This document shows, one piece after another, positions 38,095-48,470 of a DNA stretch of 64,000 bases. Under the pieces are notes generated by a model. It saw nothing but the letters and a program-made list of their open reading frames with translations. It was not told where the DNA came from and did no database searches. The position numbers and the translations under genes are program-made. Positions within the stretch are counted from its first letter, which is position 1; each line of letters opens with the position of its first letter. Origin of the DNA: Isurus oxyrinchus (lineage: Eukaryota); the NCBI GenBank assembly GCA_026770705.1, contig JANJGN010000052.1, positions 2,108,001 to 2,172,000 of the forward strand. The letters are read 5' to 3'.

Positions 38095-39670
38095 CACCAT
38101 TCAGAATCAATAATCAAACCCCGATCAGAATCAATAATCAAACCCCGTTCAGAATCAATAATCAAACCCCGTTCAGAATCAATAATCACACCCCGTTCAG
38201 AATCAATAATCAAACCCCGTTCAGTATCAATAACCAAACTCCGTTCAGTAACAATAATAAAACCCGTTCAGAATCAATAATCAAACCCCGATCAGTATCA
38301 ATAATCAAACCCCGTTCAGAATTAATAATCAAACCCCTTTCAGAATCAATAATCAATCCCCGTTCAGTATCAATAAACAAACCACGTTCAGTATCAATAA
38401 TCAAACCCTGTTCAGAATTAATAGTCAAACCCCTTTCAGAATCAATAATCAATCCCCGTTCAGTATCAATAAACAAACCCAGTTCAGAATTAATAATCAA
38501 ACCCCGTTCAGAATCAATAATCAAACCGCGTACAGAATCAATAATCAATCCCCGTTCAGTATACATAATCAAACCCCGTTTAGTATCAATAAACCAACCC
38601 CGTTTAGTATCAATAATCAAACCCCTTTCAGAATCAATAATCAATCCCCGTTCAGTATCAATAAACAAACCCCGTTCAGAATTAATAATCAAACCCCGCT
38701 CAGTATCAATAATCAAACCGCGTTCAGAATCAATAATCAAACCCCGTTCAGTATACATAATCAAACCCCGCTCAGTATCAATAATCCAACCCCGTTTAGT
38801 ATCAATAATCAAACCCCATTCAGAATCAATAATCAAACCCCTTTCAGAATCAATAATCAAAACCGAGTTCAGAATCAAGAATCAAACACCGTTCAGTATC
38901 AATAATCAAACCCCGTTCAGAATCAATAATCAAACACTGTTCAGAATCAATAATCAAACCCCATTCAGTATCAATAATCAAACTCCGTTCAGGATCAATA
39001 ATCAAACACCGTTCAGAATCAATAATCAAACCCCGTTCAATATCAATAATCAAACCCCGTTCAATATCAATAATCTAACTTCGTTCAGGATCAATAATCA
39101 AACCCCGTTCAGATTCAATAATCAAAACCCTTTCAGAATCAATAATCAAACCCCATTCAGTATCAATAATCAAACCCCGTTCAGTATCAATAATCAAACC
39201 CTGTTCAGAATTAAAAATCAAACCTGTTCAGTATCAATAATCTAATCCCTTCAGAATCAATAATCAAACCCCGTTCAGAATTAAAAATCAAACCCCGTTC
39301 AGTATCAATAATCTAACCCCGTTCAGTATTAAAAATCAAACCCCGTTCAGTATCAATAATCTAACCCCGTTCAGTATCAATAATCAAACCCCATTCAGTA
39401 TCAATAATCAAACCCCGTTCAGAATCAATAATCAAACCCTGTTCAGTATCAATAATCAAACTACGTTCAGGATCAATAATCAAACTCCGTTCAGATTCAA
39501 TAATCAAAACCCATTCAGAATAAATAATCAAACCCTTTTCAGTATCAATAATCAAACCCCGTTCAGAATTAAAAATCAAACCCCGTTCAGAATCAATAAT
39601 CAAACCCCGTTCAGAATTAAAAATCAAACCCCGTTCAGTATCAATAATCAAACCCTGTTCAGTAACAATA
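38095..39670. repeat. 24-bp minisatellite in the last intron of gene B
   Basis: tcagaatcaataatcaaaccccgt tandem units. Confidence 0.95.
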
Positions 39671-39770
39671 ATTAATGTATCTACTGTGGATGGAATTTTT
39701 GATTTGGATCAATAATACTAAACACTGATCACTCTGATTGTCACTCTGATCATTTCTGTTTCTATTACAG

Positions 39771-39887
39771 AAGAAAGATGAGAAGGATCTGGAAATGAAA
39801 TCTAACCGCGGAGTCAATCCTGATACAGATGATGATCTTTACGCAAACTGTGAATTTGCCAAGGATTCTGTTTATGGGAATTTATAA
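39771..39887 (+). CDS. Gene B candidate terminal cytoplasmic exon (LYANC...SVYGNL*)
   Basis: tctattacag|AAG phase 0; KKDEKDLEMKSNRGVNPDTDDDLYANCEFAKDSVYGNL*; AATAAA at 40662-40667. Confidence 0.75.
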   Translation, partial: KKDEKDLEMKSNRGVNPDTDDDLYANCEFAKDSVYGNL

Positions 39888-41224
39888 ACTGAGCAAGAAT
39901 GAGACACACACAGTGTGGGGAGAATACAGAATGGGAGAATCATTCAAAACTCCAATTTACCTTCCTAATATCCACAGGAACTCACTCCCAGGAAATAGAT
40001 TTAAACCTCTTGTTACAATCTGATGGAATTTCTTCGGAATGATCTATCCAGGATGATTGTCTGTGGGTTTCAATTCGAACATCCTCCTTCAGAATTGTCC
40101 CTCACTGTTGGAAACATCCTTCTCTCCATTCTGATTGTAAATGTCTTTAGATATCGTTCGATGATGTACCAGGACAGAACGGACAAATTCAATCCCGTGT
40201 CTGTGATTATGAGTTAATTTTCATTCTGTTATTCACCTTCCTGTCTGTCAGTGTTTACAGAATATTCATCAGCCAGTGCAGACTTCAGGAAATGCAGGAT
40301 CGGTGGATAATTGGAGCAGAGGAGATTGGCAAAATTTACTCACCATTTTGTAGTCAAATGTATTTTCAGATATATATTTGGATTTTACACTTCATCGTTA
40401 AACAGCGAAACAAACAAGAATCTGGGAAACAGGGAAACAATTTGATTGGAGAGTTGAGAAATTCTCTGCAGCTTAGAGGATAACAAATGTGCTACAGTGC
40501 CACCACTGGTGGGAGGACATCATTTCAGCATGACATGTTTACATTGATATTGCCAATGAACATTGGAAACTATGATGTGAAAAATTGGTTGCAGGTTTAT
40601 CTTCTTCAATATGTCATTGGATGGATGAGACAGCTTTGATAACAGAATGAAATAGAGCTGCAATAAACCACCATTTTAGTCCTTCACACTTGGAGAGTAC
40701 AATTAGCATCCATCCTGAAGGCTGAGTGGATGGGTGGACTTTGCGATGCGTTACAGATTACAGAGACCAACATCCTCGATCCTGTTTCCGCTCTGTGTTT
40801 GATGAGATACTTGATTCAAAGATTGGGAAAATAAATAATCCTCCTGCATTGATCTGTAACTGGTCATTTCCTCTATCAATGCCCTGAGGACAGATTTGGG
40901 TTCGCGGTCCAAAATCAGGCACATGCTTTGACTGCCCATTGAATCGGAACAGGAGGAGGCCCCCTTGAGCGTGCTACACAGGAACAAGAGAGCACCTGAA
41001 ATAAAAACAGAAAATCCTGGAGAAACTGAGTAGGTCTGGCAGCATCTGTGCAGAGATAAACAGAATAAACATTTCGAGTCCGTATGACCCTTCTTCAGAG
41101 TCTCAAAGCAAAAACTCTGTTTCTCTCTCCACAGCTGCTGCCAGACCTGCTGAGTTAATGCAGCATTTTCTGTGTTTATTTCAGATTTACAGCATCTGCA
41201 GTATTTATTTTTAATGAGAGGAGG

Positions 41225-41660
41225 ACATTCAGCTCCTCGAGCCTGTTACACAGGAACAGGAGGAGGCCCATTCTGTCCCCTTAAGCCTGTCACACAGGAA
41301 CAGGAGGAGGCCCATTCTGTCCCCTTGAACCTGTTACACAGGAACAGGAGGAGGCCTATTCACCCTCCTCGAGCCTGTTACACAGGAACAGGAGGAGGCC
41401 CATTCACCCTCCTCGAGTCTTTTACAGAGGAACAGGAGGAGGCCCATTCTGTCCCCTTGAACGTGTTACACAGGAACAGGAGGAGGCCCATTCACCCTCC
41501 TCGAGCCTGTTACACAGGAACAGGAGGAGGCCCATTCTGTCCCCTTGAGCCTGTTACACAGGTACAGGAGACCCATTCAGCCTCCACAAGCTTGTTACAC
41601 AGGAACATTAGGGGCTCCATTCAGCCACTCAAGCCTGTTCCACATGAACGGGAACAAAAA
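41225..41660. repeat. Minisatellite of about 43 bp derived from a LINE tail; also 42500-42905 and inverted at 63680-64000
   Basis: cctgttacacaggaacaggaggaggcccattc units. Confidence 0.9.
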
Positions 41661-42490
41661 CAAAAATAGCTGGAAAAACTCAGCAGGTCTGACAGGATCT
41701 GCGGAGAGGAACACACTTGATGTTTTGGGTCTGTAAGACTCTTCATCAGAACTAAGGGAATCGAGAAATGAGGTGACGTTTTAGCTGGTAGAGGGGGGTG
41801 GGGCAGGTAGAGCTGGATTGTGGGCCAGTGATAGGTGGAGGTAAAGAAGAGGTTGCCAAAGATGTGATAGACAAAAGGACAAAGGGGTGTTGACGGTGGT
41901 GATATTATCTGAGGAATGTGCTAATGGGGACATTAAGGGTAGAAAGCAGGACGAGCAAGAGACAGATAGTCCTAGTGGGGGTGGGGTGGGGGAAAGGATT
42001 GAAATAGGCTAAAAGGTAGAGATACAACAACAGATGTAAAACATTTAAAAATAATGGAAATAGGTGGGAAAAGAAAAATATATGATTAAAAAAAATATTA
42101 AAAATGATAAATTAATGGAAAAGGGAGATTGGAAAGAGGGTGGGATGGAGGAGAGAGTTCATGATCTGAAATTGTTGAACTCAATATTCAGTCGGGAAGG
42201 CTGTAAAGTGCCAGGTCGGAAGATGAGGTGCTGTTCCTCCAGTTTGTGTTGGGCTTCACTGGAACAATGCAGCAGGCCAAGGACGGACATGTGGGCATGA
42301 GAGCAGGGTGGGGTGTTAAAATGGCAAGCGACAGGGAGGTCTGGGTCATGCTTGTGGACAGACCGAAGGTGTTCATCAGAGCGATCACCCAGTCTGTGTT
42401 TGGTCTGTCCCATGTAGAGGAGACCACATTGGGAGCAGTGAAGGCAGTAGATAAAATTGAGGGAAGTGCAAGTGAAATGCTGCTTCCAAT
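41650..42490 (-). mobile_element. Penelope-like element fragment, second copy
   Basis: Near-identical to 3590-3900; GQTKHRLGDRSDEHLRS... Confidence 0.85.
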
Positions 42491-42949
42491 GATGCTCCTA
42501 ATGTACTCGAGCCTGGTACACAGGAACTGGGGATGGCCAATTCAGCCCCTTTAGCCTTTTACACAGGAACAGGAGGAGGCCCACTCAGCCCCATGAGCCT
42601 GGTACACAGTGAGAGAAGGAGGCCATTCAGCCCCCATGAGCCTGTTACACAGGAACAGGAGGAGGCCCATTCAGCCCCTCGAGCCTTTTACACAGGAACA
42701 GGAGGAGACCCATTGTGCCCCATGAGCCTGTTACACAGAAACAGGAGGAGGCCCATTCAGCCCCTTGAGCCTGTTACACAGGAACAGGAGGAGGCCCATT
42801 CTGTCCCCTTGAACCTGTTACACAGGAACAGGAGGAGGCCTATTCACCCTCCTCGTGCCTGTTACACAGGAACAGGAGGAGGCCCAGACAACCCCTCGAG
42901 CTTGTTGCATGTGAACAGTCAATGGCCCTTCAAAAACATTCTTGGCACG

Positions 42950-43175
42950 CAAAGGGTTAACAGTTTTCTAACTGTGCGAGGCAAAGAGCATCTTTCTCAC
43001 TTGGTACCAAGCACTTCCTCATTTTGACTCACAGTGACACATCCACCCTTTTTAATTAAACACAAATAGGGAGCAGCACAGGAAGAGGTCATTCAGCCCA
43101 AGCAGAGCGTGTGGGCAGTTCCTCCCCAGGCGAGCAGTCGGACAGGTCCGGGGTAAGTAACGGAATGATTGGAAA
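42950..43175 (+). promoter_or_regulatory. Promoter/first-exon module copy 2
   Basis: CACTTCCTCATTT (PU.1-like) next to TGACTCA (AP-1) at 43012-43031; donor at 43153. Confidence 0.55.
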
Positions 43176-43593
43176 TCAAGGGGGGAGTTCTGAGGTCTCC
43201 TAATGCATTGTCCTGTCTTGTAAATCAGCACCTTAATACTGACCCTTCAACAGTGCGGCACTCCCTCAGTACTGATCCTCCAACATTGCAGCACTCCCTG
43301 ATTAATGTCCCTCTGACAGTGCAGCACTCCCTCAGTACTCACCCTCAAACAGTGGAGATCTCCCTCAGTACTGACCTTACAATAGTGCAGTAATGACCAT
43401 CCGACAGTGCAGCACTCCCTCAGGACTGACACTGGGCAGTTTCAGTCTACTCTGTGGGGCAGACGTCCCCTGAATGGGGTCTTGAATCCCACAACATTCT
43501 GACCCCCTGAATTTGGCTGTGAAACCCACTGACCCACAGGAGAAACTCCTGGTCAATGACTGTCCACCTGTGAGCAGAAATATCAACACAGGG

Positions 43594-43970
43594 TCAGGAC
43601 ACAAAGGGTTAACAGTTCACCAACATCTCAAAACATGAGCTGGTCTGTCACTTTGATCCAACTTCCTCATTTTGACTCACAGACACACATCAACCCTTTC
43701 TCATTAAATACACAGAGGGAGCAGCACAGGAAGAGGTCATTCAGCCCAAGCAGAGCGTGTGGGCAGTTCCTCCCCAGGCGAGCAGTCGGACAGGTCCTGG
43801 GTAAGTAACGGAACGATTGGAATTCACTTCCACCACCAACACCGTCCTTTGTTGATGTTGTGACTTTATAAAGACAGATTCCAATGACTGATGCCTTTGA
43901 AAGATTTCTACTGATTATTGAGATCTGGGTGTGAGGCTCAAGTCTGTTGTACCGAACATCTTTCTAGTTC
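43594..43970 (+). promoter_or_regulatory. Promoter/first-exon module copy 3 (likely gene C promoter)
   Basis: ACTTCCTCATTTTGACTCA 43661-43679; donor gtaagt at 43801; next acceptor tttcacag at 44210 opens the leader exon. Confidence 0.6.
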
Positions 43971-44992
43971 AAGGGATGAGGGAAGTGCAGAGACATGAGC
44001 TTTGGGATGCCCTGAGGTGGTGAAAGGTGCTATAGAAATGCAAATCCTTCATTGTTGGTCTTTCTTAAAGCCTTGTAACTCTCTGCAGAGCACCTATCAT
44101 CCCACAGAGAATCAAATTAGTCTGTGAAGACATTGTCTAAAAGCAGTTCTGATCTCTCGAGAGCTGTCGGACAAGAGGTGAGGTCTCATTAACTCCTTTC
44201 TCTTTCACAGCTTGAGAGTGAGAAGTGGATGGAATATCTGGGAGTGGACAATGATCGGGAAATCTACTTCCTCTTGTCACTTCTCCAAGGTAATATCATC
44301 GTCAGCTTGGACAGATTTATATTTAACAGTCTTTGTAAAAGATCATTCTTATCTCTTTATCTCTGTAACCTCCTGCAATGCAACCAATCAACTTCCCAGA
44401 TCTCTGTGTTACTCCACTTCTGGCCTCTTGACCATCCCCCAATTCCCATCACTCCAATACTGGCGGCCGTGCCTACAGCTGCCTGGGACCTGAGCTCTGG
44501 AATTCACTCCCTAAACCTCAGCGATGGAGGAGATCAGAGGGTTTCATTTTACTGAGAATCACCACGACCACATCACAGCTGCAGTGAGAATAGACAGAGA
44601 GTCCAGCCCTCACACTTCCTGCACAGTTTCACCATAGCAACCACAATATGGAAATTTAAAAATACTGAAAGTTAAACTGAAGCTCAGCCCATTCAGTGTT
44701 GAGAGATGAGATATTTACACAGTTTCCCTGTGTATCTTGTAGACACTGTGTTGGATGGAAGACTGGCTTCACTAAACAGGGTCCTGAGGACCATGAGCCA
44801 ATGTAGAATGAACTTGTCCACTCCTGTGTCCAGGATTCTCTTCTATCTGTTGTGAAACCTTGGGGAGTTCCTTGTGTGTCCTGTAGATGGTCCACACTGC
44901 AGCCACTGTGCCCCAGTGATGGAGGGGGTGGATATCGAGTCTAGTGGATCTACAAACCATCCAGAGTCAAATATTGATATTTCTCTCCCCCG

Positions 44993-45366
44993 TTGGACTG
45001 TCACAAGAGTGGAAAGGTGACACTCCACGAGAGGTGACAGCACAGGAAGGTTCATGTGTACAGATTCCATGTCATTACAGTTACTTATCAAATTTCGTAG
45101 GGAGATCACGTGCAGAATCTGGTTGAAAGGAATAGATGGGAACCCACAGCCGAAATGGTCTATAGCCTTTCACTCCGAGGGTCACAATCACAGGGATCAA
45201 AGATTCCGCCATCGTACCCGGCTGTCTGGAGACCTGAAAGATGGCGACTGTTCCCTGATTATAAACAACATCAGACGGGAAGATGCAGGACCTTATTTTT
45301 TCAGAATAGAGTTTGACAGCAGGAATAGTTACAGCTACTATCCTGTAACCCAGCTTGACGTTTCTG
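44993..45366 (+). pseudogene. Gene C V-set exon with intact sialic-acid-binding Arg
   Basis: GLSQEWKGDTPREVTAQEGSCVQIPCHYSY / frameshift / IWLKG...FRHRTRLSGDLKDGDCSLIINNIRREDAGPYFFRIEFDSRNSYSY; 374 nt (3n-1), donor G|gtaagt. Confidence 0.85.
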
Positions 45367-45889
45367 GTAAGTGCTGTGTTATAATTACTCAACAATTCAC
45401 ATCCAACACTCAATGGGAAATAACACAAACTGTGACGTTTACATAATAACACAAAACACAGCTTATTATAACACACTGTCTGATTCTCAATAACCTGGTG
45501 ATAGCTTCCAGTTCAGTCCTAAAGCAACCTCTAAAAATCACTTTAATATCAATGATGAAAAGCATTAACTGTACCGACATCTTTCATTCTACATCAGCAC
45601 TCCCTCAGCACTGACCCTCTGACAGTGCAGCCTGTTCTCAGTATCCACATTCTCAGGCCACTCAAAGTGCTTCACAGTCGATAGAAGTTAATTGATCTTT
45701 ATATGATTATTGCTGAATGAAGAGACAAGCTGTCTAAACTTCTCATATCGCAAACAGCATTCTCCACGGCAACACCTCCACCTATCAGAGACCACTTGCC
45801 AACCAATCAGCACTGTCTTTCCATTAAGTATAAATTGTTGTTCACTTTCTGTTGGTAATCGTGCAAACGGGGTTCTTGATTCCTGCCAT

Positions 45890-46042
45890 GACATCTGAAT
45901 GTCCAAATGAACAGAAGAAGTTCCAACAATGAGCTGTGGTTGCTGATTCCTCACGTTACATCCAGGGACACTGGAGACTATCAGTGTGTGGCAGAGAATG
46001 AACATGGAGCAGTGGAGGGGTTCATAACCATTACTGTGGATT
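45890..46042 (+). pseudogene. Truncated copy of the shared C2 exon
   Basis: HLNVQMNRRSSNNELWLLIPHVTSRDTGDYQCVAENEHG...|gtgagt; acceptor and 5' half replaced by unrelated sequence at about 45706-45889; upstream intron matches 34087-34146. Confidence 0.85.
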
Positions 46043-47706
46043 GTGAGTGTACACAGACATCAACATCTCTCTCAGATTCGAATACTACACAAACACCCTC
46101 AAACGTACAGACCTAAATAGACACGTGCAGACACACATATATGACCACACACAAAGACACACTCACAAACAAACACACTAGCACAAGACTCCCTCATGGG
46201 TTACCTGACCTCCCTCAGTACTGCACTGGAGCGTGGGCTGAATTCTGGGATTTGTGTTCCCATTCATATTTATAGAAGAATATGGAAATTACTCATACAA
46301 ACACTCAGATGCATAGAGGCACTCATAGATACTCTCTGCTTCTCCAACTCTCTCTCTCCCTTTAAGGAGCTACCTGAAACCTAACCCGTTGACGAATAAC
46401 TAGTCCCAACTCCTCTTTATCTGATTCTGTGATTTTTTTGTGAATCTGAGAGTAAGAGAGAGGTGGAGAGGTTTAGTAAGAGAATTCCTGCTGATGAAAA
46501 GCTTACATCCTGTTCTCACTATTTCTGTGCCCATTATGTCCAAAGCCCCTGTTTATAGTGATGACTGCCTATGTAAACGTCACACTGTAGTTACAGCCTC
46601 CCACCAGTGGTGGCATTGTAGCACTTAATCCTTGTGTTTCCCAGCTTTTCAAGCAAATCTACTTCCCAGTTTGCTACACAAGCTGGGAGTTCATCGGAAT
46701 TCAATTATTTCTCAAACGGTAGATTTGATAATTCATTTTATTGAAAACTTCCTCAGTGCCTCCCTGAAGGGTTTACACTCTCCGGGTGGCAGGAATAGGC
46801 TGGATGTTGGGGAGTTCATCTTTTCCCTGAGAGTAGTGATCCTCGGGAATGTGCTGTCAGTGGGTGTGGTGGTTGCTGTCTCTCTGTTGCCTTCAAGAGG
46901 GATCTGGAGTGGTTACTGACTGGGGGAGAGATCATGGAAGCGGAGAATGATACAGCACAGGAGGAGGCCATTCAGCCCATTGTGCCTGTGCCAGGTCTTT
47001 CAATGTTCTATCCAATCAGATCCACTAACCACTACTCCACTTTGCCCCCATCTTCCTCCTTCAAGTGTTTATCCAATTTCCCTTTTGAAAGTTCCTATTG
47101 AATCTGCTTCCACCGCCCTTTCAGGCAGCACCTTCCAGATCACAACAACTCGCTCTGTCAAAACAAATTCTCCTCATCTCCCCCTCCGGTTCATCAATCT
47201 GTGTCCCTCTGGTTACTGACCCTCCTGCCCCTTAAATACATCGATACTGTTCACCTCAACCACTCCCTGTGGGAGTGAGTTCCACATTCTCCCCTCTCTC
47301 TGGGTAAAGATTGGAACTGTTTATTAAGCGGGGGGGTGTATGTCCGTGGGGGAGTCCATCTCGATCCTGCCCGATTCACACACACGTCCGAGATGGATTT
47401 CCACCCTGCACTAAACGTTTCCAGAATTTTCTACAGCACAATCCTGTACACAGCGATGGAGAGAAACATTGGACAGGGAGTCCAACAGCACAATGATCCA
47501 TTCTCACCAATGTTCCACGCTAAGGGGAAAGTTCCGATTGTCCACTCTTAGAGTGTTTACAATGAAAACATTCATTCCACATTGAATCCCAGTGGATGGG
47601 TCAATATTACAGCAAATGTTGCAGTGATATGAAGCTTGATTGTTCAGCCAGAGTGAGAGATTGAAAGCGGAGAGTCAGTGATGATTTCTTTCTGTATGTT
47701 CTCTAG

Positions 47707-47846
47707 ACAGTGGAGGAGAGATTCTGCACGTGATCCTGATCCTGGGAATACGAGCTGTGATATTCCTTGTGGCTGTGGTTATCACTATCGCTGGAGTCTG
47801 TGTCTGGGAGAGACAAACAGTGAAAGGAAGTCGACAGACTGTTTAA
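47707..47846 (+). CDS. Gene C TM and short tail exon with intramembrane Arg
   Basis: ctctag|AC phase 1; SGGEILHVILILGIRAVIFLVAVVITIAGVCVWERQTVKGSRQTV*; AATAAA at 48828-48833. Confidence 0.8.
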
Positions 47847-47879
47847 AGATTTGTACAGCAACAATCTCATCATGGAACA

Positions 47880-48470
47880 GAAGAACGGCATTCGGCCCAT
47901 CGATTCCATGCTGTCTCTCTGTAGAGCAATCCACTCAGTCCCATTCCCCCGCTCTATCCCCGTATCCCTTCAAGTTTATTTCCCCTCAAGTGTCCGTCCA
48001 ATTTCCTTTTGAAATCATTCATCGTCTCCGCTTCCACCATCCTCGTAGGCAGTGAGTTCCAGCTCATTACCACTCGCTGTGTAAAAAAGTTCCTCCTCAA
48101 ATCCCCCTCTGCCCAAAACCTTCAATCTGTGTCCCCCAGTCCTTGTCCCATCAGCTAATGGCAACAGCTTCTCTTTGTCTCTCTTATCTAAACCCATCAT
48201 CATCTTGTACACCTCGATCAGATCCCCCCTCAATCTCCTTTGCTCCAAGGAGAACAACCCCAGCTTCTCCAACCCAACCTTGTAGCTAAAATCCCTCATC
48301 CCTGGACCCATTCTGCTCAATCCCCTCCCCACCCTCTCAAGGACCCTCACTTCCTTCCCAAAGTGAGGAGACCAGAACTGGACACAATACTCTAGTTGTG
48401 ACCTAACCAGAGCTTTATAAATGTTCAGCATAACCTCCCTGTGTTTGTACTCAATCCCTCGATTTATGAA
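47880..48470 (-). mobile_element. CR1 LINE 3' fragment in the gene C 3' UTR
   Basis: IYKALVRSQLEYCVQFWSP...LFSLEQRRLRGDLIEVYK; sister copy at 27876-28330 (+). Confidence 0.85.

Larger units (their letters stand above)
44229..47846 (+). pseudogene. Siglec-like gene C, activating type (TM Arg), disrupted as assembled
   Basis: Leader 44229-44289 (...IYFLLSLLQ-G|gt); V exon 44993-45366 has cg instead of ag at the acceptor and a 1-nt frameshift near 45113; C2 exon 5'-truncated (45890-46042); intact TM/tail exon 47707-47846. Confidence 0.8.

Noticed and set aside
38019-39245. 408-aa ORF, the longest in the track
   Set aside because: It is a translation of the 24-bp minisatellite; no domain, and it lies in an intron
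25110-39887. Calling gene A or B the MAG or CD22 ortholog
   Set aside because: Domain number, tails and the missing Arg do not fit; orthology cannot be assigned without phylogeny
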